Shown piece after piece: positions 14,428 to 29,017 of a stretch of 64,000 nucleotides of DNA (its first letter is position 1; each line of letters opens with the position of its first letter). The stretch lies in NCBI RefSeq assembly GCF_009914755.1, contig NC_060929.1; one strand, given 5' to 3'. The position numbers were made by a program, and so were the translations under genes. This stretch comes from the human T2T-CHM13v2.0 reference genome, Homo sapiens. Under the pieces are notes generated by a model that made no database searches, was not told the origin of the DNA, and saw only the letters and a program-made list of their open reading frames with translations.

Positions 14428-14570
14428 TCATTTATTCATTCAATTAGCAGTTTTTGATCATCTACCATGTGCCAGGAATTGTACTAGTTAGGGATTCAAA
14501 AAATGAATTAGACTGCTCTCGGGCCATTCATAGTTTAGAGAGTAAGAAAGACACGTGAATGGAGTAGTGA
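14428..14570 (-). mobile_element. L2 3' end fragment
   Basis: ttattcattcaa...ctaccatgtgccaggaattgtactag. Confidence 0.6.
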
Positions 14571-15722
14571 ATGCTCAGAACAGCAGTGGAGGTCTCTTAA
14601 AGAACAATGCTGTGACTGCACACAGTGCACGTGCACATATATCACAGACCAGGAGCTGAAAGTAGAGATAAACAAATATTTATTATGAGCGTTGGTTTCC
14701 AGATGATTTTTATGAGTCTGAGAGCAAGTTTTAGAGGCATCCTAGCCCACATATCTGTTTAATTCTACTCTCATTTCCTTCCTGACTATTCAGATAAGCC
14801 TTGGCTATATTGCAGTCACATTTAGCTAAGTAAATATAGTTTGCAGAAATCCAGTTCTCTTTAAGCAAAAAGTGTGCATGATTATGTCAGTACTTTTATA
14901 TGTTTATCTGAGGCCATCTTCCCTCCATAAACAGGGTTATTTGCTTTGCTGCCATTTCAGTGTTTCAGGTGGATATTTTTTGTTTTACCTCAAGCTGTTT
15001 ATCAGTAGGCAAGGAAACCATTCTCTATAGTCCTGTGTAATTACGTAGCTCTGGAATCTAAAACAACATTTATAACTCCTTTGTGCCTGCTGGAATTTTT
15101 CAGGTGAATGGAAGGGACGATTTATCAGTGCTTGTTTTACCTCATATCCATATTGTAGACCCAATTTATGGCTTATCATCCCAATTATCTCAATTTTTAT
15201 AAGAGCAAATGCCAATATCAGAAGAGATAAAGTTTTCCTTCAAACTGAAGGAACCTTCCTACAGGGAATCAGGAGCTTTTGCCAGGCCTGTGAGATGGTG
15301 GTGTGAGCACTACAGAACAAGTGGTAGTGACAACTGTGACAACTGTGAGCTAACTGTAAGCTACTGAAGGCAGGGCCATATGATATCATCTTACATCCTC
15401 TGCACCTAGCCCCATGGCTGGCACAGGGTGTAAATGCCAATATGTGCAGGATGCGATGTATATTTTAATATATTTCACAGCAGGGAATAACAGTGGAAAG
15501 AATTCTAAAGCATTTGTTTCATTATTTTAGTTCAAAATATGTTCACTGTTTACGTGCTTTTTCGTTTCTGTAGTAAGAGAACCTAGATCTTCGGTTTTTG
15601 AGCTTACCTTTCTGATGTCATCTTACAGTGTAAACCTTGTGCTTTAGTAAACATTATATTTCTAAAGTATTTCTTTGTACCAGGACATTGAAGAAAGGTG
15701 AAAAGATTTCATGTTTGGTATA

Positions 15723-15835
15723 TGTATTAGTTATCAATTACTGAATAACAAACTATTTCCAAAGTTTAGTGACCTAAAACAACAAATCTTATCTCACAGA
15801 TCCTGTGGGTCAGGAATCGAGGCACAGCTTAGCAT
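15723..15835 (-). mobile_element. MLT1 (MaLR) LTR end fragment
   Basis: tgtattagttatc...taaaacaacaa...tctcacagatcctgtgggtcaggaat. Confidence 0.6.
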
Positions 15836-16519
15836 GCTCCTAAACAAGATTCTGTCTCTGACAAGAGAAGATGGTTCCTGTAGCTTTATCAGTCTGTTAT
15901 ATGTCATCAAACACATTCTTGACAGACAGGCTTACATTTATAAGTCGATTTTCTACTTTGTGACATTTCTGGAGTTTGGAAATAAACCATTTATTTCTGT
16001 GTCCTGAAGGAAATAGGCAATCAATAACTGTAGTTTTTGTTCCTGGAAAAGGTAAAATGTGACCTTCATATTTGTTGAATAAGCAAACAATCTGGGTTCA
16101 TTTTCAGGAAGGCTTATCAGGGTGTTTTCCAAACATACAAATATAAAACCCTCCTGGGCAGTAAAGAAAGTCAGTCTATTGTCAAGAAGCACTTCATATT
16201 AATAACAATAATATTTGAAATAGTAAGGAATCAAGAAGGCAGAATAAGTGAGGGCTGGGATGGAGTTGATTCACATGCCTTCTCTCAACTGGATTTCCCA
16301 AGTTCCAATTCTCATGAATCCTTAAGCTCTCTTGGAATCAAGGAGCGGTCCAAAGATGATCATAAAATGGAACAATTTCCAAAGTTGGTATTGGATACAG
16401 ACATCTGCCTATGACTACACCAGGTGCAAAGGAGGGAAAATGAGAAGGAGACAAGGAAAGGGAGTGCTACTGTGGCTTCGTATGGTTCTTTGGTCTACAC
16501 ACCTTGACCACGCATTGAT

Positions 16520-17045
16520 GATCCTTCCAATGGCCTCCCAGGTCCAGGCACACAGGCTGGCTCTCAGCCACATCTCTGACTCCTCTGTCTCACCCCCTCA
16601 CTGCAGCCACGCTAGCCTGCTGCCACTGCTCCAAAGTCCCAGCATGCACCTGGCGTTTACTCATCAGAGCCTGGCGTTACTCATCTTTCTGTTTGGAACA
16701 CTCTTTCTGCAGGTAGCCCCATGGCTTGTCTCCTGTACCTCACTCAGGTCTCTGCCCAAGTGCCATTTTCCTTGAGAAGTCTTTTCTGACCAAAAAAAAA
16801 TTTTCCCTCTGTCAAAAATAGCACTACTGTCACTGTCCATCCCATACTCTGCTTTATTTTTCTTCACAGCACATAGCTTCAGATATATTATATTTCACAA
16901 GCTTATTATTATTCTCCCTTAGTTAAATCATAGGCTCTCAGAGCTGAGAGGTCGACTCTTTCATTCACTGCTGAATTCCCGGAACATGGATCGGTACCTG
17001 CACATAGTAAGTACTCAATCAATTTTTGTTGAATAAATGAGTTGA
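16520..17045 (+). mobile_element. L2a 3' region
   Basis: cactcaggtctctgcccaagtgcca...ttcactgctgaattccc...gcacatagtaagtactcaatcaatttttgttgaataaatga. Confidence 0.8.
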
Positions 17046-17260
17046 ATGCTCACTCTGTGCCAGGTACAGTGACCAGTGATTTCCATACATTGTGTGCTAA
17101 TAACCCTCACAAGAGCTGCCAGGCAAGATGCCATTATCATTATCTCCATTTTAGGGCTCAAGAACTCAAAGAAGTGAATAAATTATCCAAGATTGCCTAG
17201 AGAGTAAGTGACTGATATGGATCTTGAGCCCAGGACAGTCTTATTCTGAGCTCTTAACCA
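17046..17260 (-). mobile_element. MIR
   Basis: ctctgtgccagg...ccctcacaa...tatctccatttta...cttgagcccagg. Confidence 0.6.
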
Positions 17261-18085
17261 ATTAACTTTCTTAAATTAAATGATTATATGAATACAGTCA
17301 ACCCTGAGGTAGTAGCAGAATTTCCTGTCAAATTGTATATATCACAAGGACTTTGCCCAGTTCCTACTGGTGAAAATGCCACCTAAATAAGATAGAAAAC
17401 CACCTCCAGGTTGGCATTGGCAGATTCTGTCAGTGCTATAAGTGAATTCCTTCCCTCCTTGTAGTCCTGCCATCTCTCTTGTTCAGGAAGTGAGCTATCA
17501 AGAAAAAGTTTTGGAGAATGTTCTCTAATTTGAAAATAAAAACCAGAAAAACAAACTCTCTTTGTAATTACAGGAAGATGGAAAAGGAGGATATTTAAAT
17601 AACACATCAGCTTCCAATGCCAGGAAAAGGCTGACTTATTCCAGCATTAGCCAGGTCAGGTGATTGGCACTGGGAATGGAGTGCCCAGCAAGCAGATCCT
17701 CATTCCAAAAGCCTGCCAATGCCCAATCTGCAGAAAGAATTTTGAAGATTAGGGAGCTTGTGTTGGTCTTGGGAATGGAGTGGATTTCTTTTGTTTTGTT
17801 CTAGCAATTCTTTATTAATCATTTTCTGTGTGCCAGGCACCATGCAATACATATTACATGCATTAACTCCTTAAATCCTCAATAAGAGCAAGGATTTGAA
17901 TTATCAGTGCATTCATCATTTAGAAACACCAATGTTTGCTCAAAATATTAGCAAATGAATGTGCAGTGGTCATTGTACATCAGTCTATCTGACCTCTGAT
18001 GCCAAGATATTCTGGGTTCCTTCCCTACAGTATGTATTGTTAAACATTTTTCTACCCATGGATATATTTTAAACAAACCCCTTTA

Positions 18086-18405
<320 letters not shown>

Positions 18406-18672
18406 CTTTTCTGTCTAGAGATGGTGAGTTCTTTTTTTTTTTTAATTAATTAATTTATTTTTTTATTATTATACTTTAAGTTTTAGGGTACATGTGCACA
18501 TCGTGCAGGTTAGTTACATACGTATACATGTGCCATGCTGGTGTGCTGCACCCACTAACTCGTCATCTAGCATTAGGTATATCTCCCAATGCTATCCCTC
18601 CCCCGTCCCCCCACCCCACAACAGTCCCCAGAGTGTGACGTTCCCCTTCCTGTGTCCATGTGATCTCATTGT

Positions 18673-22515
<3,843 letters not shown>

Positions 22516-22563
22516 TTATTTTGCTCGTTAGTTGATGCAGTTTCTTCCTAGTCTCGATGGTCT

Positions 22564-23571
22564 TTACATTTTGGCATGATTTTGCAGCGGCTGGTACCGG
22601 TTGTTCCTTTCCATGTTTAGCGCTTCCTTCAGGAGCTCTTTTAGGGCAGGCCTGGTGGTGAAAAAATCTCTCAGCATTTGCTTGTCTGTAAAGTATTTTA
22701 TTTCTCCTTCACTTATGAAGCTTAGTTTGTCTGGATATGAAATTCTGGGTTGAAAATTCTTTTCTTTAAGAATGTTGAATATTGGCCCCCACTCTCTTCT
22801 GGCTTGTAGGGTTTCTGCCGCTGTTAGTCTGATGGGCTTCCCTTTGAGGGTAACCCGACCTTTCTCTCTGGCTGCCCTTAACATCTTTTCCTTCATTTCA
22901 ACTTTGGTGAATCTGACAATTATGTGTCTTGGAGTTGCTCTTCTCGAGGAGTATCTTTGTGGCATTCTCTGTATTTCCTGAATCTGAACGTTGGCCTGCC
23001 TTGCTAGATTGGGGATGTTCTCCTGGATAATATCCTGCAGAGTGTTTTCCAACTTGGTTCCATTCTCCCCATCACTTTCAGGTACACCAATCAGATGTAG
23101 ATTTGGTCTTTTCACATAGTCCCATATTTCTTGGAGGTTTTGCTCATTTCTTTTTATTCTTTTTTCTCTATACTTTCCTTCTTGCTTCATTTCATTCATT
23201 TCATCTTCCATTGCTGATACCCTTTCTTCCAGTTTATCGCATCGGCTCCTGAGGCTTCTGCATTCTTCACGTAGTTCTCGAGCCTTGGTTTTCAGCTCCA
23301 TCAGCTCCTTTAAGCACTTCTCTGTATTGGTTATTCTAGTTATACATTCTTCTAAATTTTTTTCAAAGTTTTCAACTTCTTTGCCTTTGGTTTGAATGTC
23401 CTCCCGTAGCTCAGAGTAATTTGATCGTCTGAAGCCTTCTTCTCTCACCTCGTCAAAGTCATTCTCCATCCAGCTTTGTTCCCTTGCTGGTGAGGAGCTG
23501 CGTTCCTTTGGAGGAGGAGAGGCGCTCTGATTTTTAGAGTTTCCAGTTTTTCTGTTCTGTTTTTTCCCCAT
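22564..23571 (-). CDS. L1 ORF1p RNA-binding/chaperone protein, 335 aa (3-aa deletion)
   Basis: MGKKQNRKTGNSK...QPLQNHAKM matches L1 ORF1p; reading frame open; expression unknown. Confidence 0.85.
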   Translation of the reverse strand: MGKKQNRKTGNSKNQSASPPPKERSSSPAREQSWMENDFDEVREEGFRRSNYSELREDIQTKGKEVENFEKNLEECITRITNTEKCLKELMELKTKARELREECRSLRSRCDKLEERVSAMEDEMNEMKQEGKYREKRIKRNEQNLQEIWDYVKRPNLHLIGVPESDGENGTKLENTLQDIIQENIPNLARQANVQIQEIQRMPQRYSSRRATPRHIIVRFTKVEMKEKMLRAAREKGRVTLKGKPIRLTAAETLQARREWGPIFNILKEKNFQPRISYPDKLSFISEGEIKYFTDKQMLRDFFTTRPALKELLKEALNMERNNRYQPLQNHAKM

Positions 23572-24480
23572 CTTTGTGGTTTTATCTACTTTTGGTCTTT
23601 GATGTTGGTGATGTACAGATGGGTTTTTGGTGTGGATGTCCTTTCTGTTTGTTAGTTTTCCTTCTAACAGACAGGACCCTCAGCTGCAGGTCTTTTGAAG
23701 TACCCTGCAGTGTGAGGTGTCTGTGCCCCTGCTGGAGGGTGCCTCCCAGTTAGGCTGCTCGGGGGTCAGGGGTCAGGGACCCACTTGAGGAGGCAGTCTG
23801 CCCGTTCTCAGATCTCCAGCTGCGTACTGGGAGAACCACTGCTCTCTTCAAAGCTGTCAGACAGGGACATTTAAGTCTGCAGAGGTTACTGCTGTCTTTT
23901 TGTTTGTCTGTGCCCTGCCCCCAGAGGTGGAGCCTACAGAGGCAGGCAGGCCTCCTTGAGCTGTGGTGGGCTCCACCCAGTTCGAGCTTCCCGGCTGCTT
24001 TGTATACCTAAGCAAGCCTGGGCAATGGTGGGCGCCCCTCCCCCAGCCTCGCTGCAGCCTTGCAGTTTGATCTCAGACTGCTGTGCTAGCAATCAGTGAG
24101 ACTCCGTGGGGTAGGACCCTCCGAGCCAGGTGCGGGATATAATCTCGTGGTGCGCCGTTTTTTAAGCCCGTCAGAAAAGCGCAGTGTTCGGGTGGGAGTG
24201 ACCCGATTTTCCAGGTGCCGTCCGTCCGTCACCCCTTTCTTTGATTAGGAAAGGGAACTTCCCTGACCCCTTGCGATTCCTGAGTGAGGCAATGCCTCGC
24301 CCTGCTTTGGCTCGCGCACGGTGCACACACCCACTGACCTGCGCCCACTGTCTGGCACTCCCTAGTGAGATGAACCCGGTACCTCAGATGGAAATGCAGA
24401 AATCACCCGTCTTCTGCATCGCTCAGGCTGGGAGTTGTAGACCGGAGCTGTTCCTATTCGGCCATCTTGGCTCCTCCCCC
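23572..24480 (-). promoter_or_regulatory. L1 5'UTR internal sense promoter and antisense promoter; YY1 site intact
   Basis: CpG-rich relative to flanks; ggccatcttg (YY1 CAAGATGGCC) at 24460-24469. Confidence 0.85.
24025..24244 (+). pseudogene. L1 ORF0 remnant with stop at codon 25
   Basis: ATG GTG GGC GCC CCT CCC CCA...AAT CAG TGA; stop at 24097-24099 (CGA>TGA relative to recalled ORF0). Confidence 0.8.
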
Positions 24481-25472
24481 AGTGAGTTCTTTTTGAAACT
24501 GTTCATGTGCATTTAACTAATGCTTTAAAAATCCTTTCTAAAATTGTGCTTTGAGCACTTGCATTTAAATTTGAACTTTTACTGCCACATAGTTGAGGAC
24601 ACTGATTCCAACTCCATCTGAAGGAGTGTGTGCTTTGTCAGTTAACTGGTGTATGCACAAGCACAAATCCTACTTTGGAGTCAGATGTTGCCTGCTCATA
24701 TTGCTTCTCCCATATGACTTCAGCAGCATAGAGACAACAGGGGCTTCTACCATGCAACGCAATGACCTCTGTATGATTGGGCTCCTTTCACTCTCATTTT
24801 CACTCACCAGCACACCCAAAGGCATCCGCTACAGTACTTACAGAGGTATTGACCCTCGATGAGCAGGGGTGGAAACGAGCATGCTAGAATCTTAGAGGAA
24901 GGGTCCTGGAGACTCAGAGAAATCCCATAACACTGGGCCCAACACCCTCTGGGCAGAGTCACAACATTTTCAAAGAACAAGGATCACTTTTTAGTAAAAT
25001 ATAAATAAAAAACTTAAGGACACAACAGTTCCCATTTAAAAGGGAGTGGGGGCAGGTAGGTTAGGATCAAAAGCTGCTGAGATAGAAAAGTCAATAGTAA
25101 ATAAACCTTCAGTAATAAGCCAACAACCAGATGGCCCCTCTCACTTTCCTTAGAAGCCAGCAGAGAGCGGTGTTGTCATGCACATGTGCTCATTCGCATC
25201 CAGCCTGTCTGAGCTCAAGTTAGCCTTCCTAGAAAAGGATTTGATACAGGGAAGACAGTTTAAGGCAAGGTAGAAAGCACTACATGCAGGGTCAGGAGAT
25301 TAGGTTTTAACCCCAGCTGCACAGCTTCGCAAGTCACTCTTTGTGAATCAGTTTAGGGTCTACTAAATGTATTGAATGCGGCAGAGGAGGGCTGGACTAG
25401 TAAAAAAAAAAATGGCATTCCGTTTATTGAGTACTTGCTGTATACCACTTCATGCTAGGTCCTTCCAACAGC

Positions 25473-25668
25473 AGGAGTTCAAATCCGATCTCTGCAGCAC
25501 ATTTAGTATCCATGTGATTTGGGGGCAAGTTACTAACCTCTTTAAACCTCAGTTTCCTTGCCTACAGATTAGCCATAATGGATCCACACAGGATTCTTCT
25601 GAGGATTAAACTAAGTAAATGCACTCAGCACAGCGGCTGGCACATGTAATATTGGCAACTATTGTCAT
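25473..25668 (+). mobile_element. MIR (sense), apparently nested in a minus-strand MIR
   Basis: gagttcaaatcc...gggcaagttactaacctctttaaacctcagtttcct...gaggattaaa...ctggcacat. Confidence 0.75.
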
Positions 25669-25669
25669 T

Positions 25670-25830
25670 TACTAGTTCCGTTTCATCTTCACAACAATCT
25701 TGTAAGGTAGTTAGTACACTTTCCCCATAATATAAATGAAGAAACTGAGGGTCAGGGAGGTTCAGAATTGACTTATGGTGACCCAGCTCAAAAGTAGTAT
25801 AATCTGGATTTTAATCCAGATGCAATCTTT
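25670..25830 (-). mobile_element. MIR (antisense)
   Basis: cttcacaacaatcttgtaaggtag...aaatgaagaaactgagggtcagggaggtt. Confidence 0.75.
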
Positions 25831-25854
25831 CTACTATACTCTACTAAACATTCT

Positions 25855-26213
25855 TTTTTCAAAATTTTGACATATACAATGCATTTTTCTTTATTAAATT
25901 CATCATTCTGCACTGTAGATCATTAAAACTTATTTCTCCTGTCTAACTGAAACTTTGTGCTGATTAATCAACATCTTCCCTTTCCCCATTCACCCCCATT
26001 CACCCCATCCCCTAGCCTCTGATAACCACCATGCCGCTCTCTACTCCTATAAGTTTGAGATTCTACTGTTTCAGTTTCTACATATGGGTGAGATCATGTG
26101 CTATTTATCTTTCTATGCCTGGCTTATCTCACATAGCATAATGTCCTGCAGGTTTATCCATGTTGTCACAAATGACAGAATTTCCTTCCTTTTTAAGGCT
26201 GAATAGTATTTCA
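25855..26213 (-). mobile_element. L1MA 3' end fragment
   Basis: ctaactgaaactttgt...gtgagatcatg...cctggcttatctcacatagcataatg...aaggctgaatagtatt. Confidence 0.85.
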
Positions 26214-27761
26214 GTTAACCATTCTTAAAGATATAACACACTGTGTTTTAACTGCTCCATCTTTTTGGTCTATAATTTAGCAATGGAAATAGTCCAGTTG
26301 GAAGGGGAGACAGACTGGCATTCATAAGATGTTCGAAGCTAAGCAAGCCTTACTAGGGTCAGAGCAAGCTGTAAGTAGAGTCAGCTTTAAAACTTGCAGT
26401 TTGAAATGAAATGCTATAAACCATGCTCTTAGCTGCTTTTTCTTGTTTTGGCCCACTTTTGTTCACCCCTCAAAGTATTTGTTGAAACTAATTCCCTTAA
26501 GAGGACATAATAAGTCACCTTTTATCTAAAGATCTCTAAAGGTGCAGAGTTAAGCCAAGGGCTATTGAATAAAGTCTGGAAATGCCATTCAGAAAGTTTC
26601 TGCTCCACCAATGCATTTGAGACTCTTGCTTTTCAGCCAGCCAGGCACATGGAAGCTCCCACGTGGGCAGGGAATATCCCACTGCCGGATTGAGTCACAC
26701 CTCACTTCCCACCTTGGAAAGGATGAAAGCCACCATTTATGCCTGCCTCTATGTTTCCATCACTGTGCTTAGCACCCAACACGTATTGTTTTCAACTCTC
26801 TCAGCAGCGCTGCAATGTTTGTATTGTCATTCCTGGTTGGTAGTTGAGGAAACAGAAGCTTAAAGGGTGGTGAGCCCCATAAGTAAGTGACTGAATTAAG
26901 GATTTGCAATCAAGATTGTTGGACTCCAAAATCCACTGCCCTTCTACCCCTCCATTTCACTTCATGGCTTGGCCTCGAAGTGGACTCTATTCTGCACCTC
27001 AAGCAACTGCATTTCTTTGGAAAGTCATTGGACTGGGATTTTGTAATCGGCATTCATTTTCACCCCTTTATTATGCTTTCTCCTGAAAGAAGCCTGGAAT
27101 ACTTTTCCTTATACTCCCTTGCGCCAGGGTTCTGGATAAAATTTGCATTCTGGATGCAATGAGATGCATTTCATTCAACTTGAAAGTGGAAGCTATTCTT
27201 CTCCTCCCAGCCTTGGCACAGAGGCATGGGCTGCACAGAGAAAAGTTTGTGCAGCAACATCCATGCCCTCTTCCTGGTCCCCATCTCGATGCTAAGGAGG
27301 TTCTGTGAATTTGGAACCAGTTTTCTGTAGATCTGTTTCCTCTGGTATCCTCAGAGTCAGCACCTCTCTGACTCTGTACCACAATTATGGCAGGGAGCCT
27401 GAAAGCTGATAGCAGATGCCTAGCCTTTCCAATAATTTTGTAAGCACCTAAATCTCTGCTTGAAATCCTTCAAGTTGTTTCCAGTTTCTTGTCTGAACGT
27501 TGACCAGTGTTGTCCTTACCTTCTTCTGCATGCTTCTTTTCTTGTAAATGCTATTTAACTATAAATTTACTGCTAGATCCCAGGCCCACCCTTCTTGTCT
27601 TCTTACTTAAGACATTTCCTGGGATATCACATATCTACGGCTTCTGTTATCATCCATGTGCTGATAACTCCCAGTTTAACATTTCCAGCCCAGACCCCTA
27701 TTGTGAACTCCCAAATTCAGACAGCCAAATCCAGACTGGACATGTTCACATGACTATCTTA

Positions 27762-28378
27762 TGTGTATCCTGCCCCAACTACTATTGCTTTACACCAAAC
27801 TATCCCCCAAAGCTTAGCAATGTAAAATAACCATTTTATTATGCTCACAGATTTGTGTGTCAGGATTTCAAAGAGGACACAACAGAGATGCCTGGTCTGT
27901 AATGCATCATGCCTGGGAACTCAACTGAGAAGTTTCAATGTCCAAATTTGACAATTTGGACCTAGAACTCATCTGCATATACCTTCTCTCACATGTCTGG
28001 TGAGATGATGTTCCTGTTAGCTGGGACCTCCACTGGGATATTGGCTGGAAGGCTTGCACAGGGCCCTTCCACGTGATTTCTCCACATGGGCTAGTTTGGA
28101 CTTCCTCACAATATGGTAGCTGTGTCCTGGAGTAAGCATCCCAAAATAACAAGGTAGAAGTGCATAGAATCTTTATGTTCTTGCCTTGGAGGTTACATAG
28201 CATTGATTCCACCATATTCTATTGTTCAAGACAGTCACAAAGGCCAACCCAGGCTCAATAGAAAGGACTGTAGACCGCCCTATCTCTCATGGTGGACATG
28301 TCAAAGACACATTGTGAGAAAAGCATGTGGAATACAAAACAACATTTGAACCATCTCTGGAAAATACAATCAACCACA
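27762..28378 (-). mobile_element. MLT1G/F-like MaLR solo LTR
   Basis: ccaaagcttagcaatgtaaaataacc...ctcacatgtctgg...cttcctcacaatatgg...aaatacaatcaaccaca. Confidence 0.8.
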
Positions 28379-28663
28379 CTTCTGAAATGCAGTACTTTCA
28401 AAATAAAAAGTGTTACCTTTCCTGCCTCCCTAGTATGCCCGCTCCTTATTTTTTGCCTTAGTGAATAATGCTCATTATTATTTAGGTGTTATTATTTTTT
28501 ATTATTAGAGATAATGCCATTATCCCTCAGTCACTTGAGCCAGAAGCTTAGAAGTCAATATAGAATCCTATCCTACCCAGTCACACCAAAAACCCCTCCA
28601 AGCTCACTTAATTTATTACCCGGTTCTTCTAATGTTGCCTTCTAAATATATCTGGAACCCATA

Positions 28664-29017
28664 TGTCTTAGCCTGTTTTGTCCTGCTATAACAAAATACC
28701 ACAGACTATAATTTCTAATAAACAAAAATTTATTTGTCACAGTAACAGAGGCTGGGAAGTCCAAGACTGGCATCTGGTAAGGGTCTTCTTGATGCATCAT
28801 CCCATGGCAGAAGGCTAAAGGGCAAGAGAGGGCAAAAGAGAGAGACAGAGTTAAAGTGGGTGGAACTCCCCCTTTTATAATGCAATAATGGCACTAATCC
28901 ATTCACTCTACCCTCATGGCATAATCACCACTCTTTAGCCCTCACCTCTCAACACTGTTGCATTGGGAATTAAGTGTCCAACACATGCTTTTTTGAGGAC
29001 ACATTCAATCCACAGCA
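28664..29017 (-). mobile_element. MSTC/MSTD-like MaLR solo LTR
   Basis: tgtcttagcctgttttgtcctgctataacaaaataccacagact...gacacattcaatccacagca; near 5-bp TSD ccata/ccatc. Confidence 0.85.

Noticed and set aside
16332-16775. 147-aa ORF
   Set aside because: Non-ATG start, largely within a decayed L2, no domain similarity
24241-24516. 91-aa ORF antisense in the L1 5'UTR
   Set aside because: TTG start, not ORF0; incidental frame within the repeat
25121-25172. Two CTCF-like strings (caaccagatggcccc, gccagcagagagcggtg)
   Set aside because: Each mismatches a high-information core position; not supportable without a PWM scan or ChIP data
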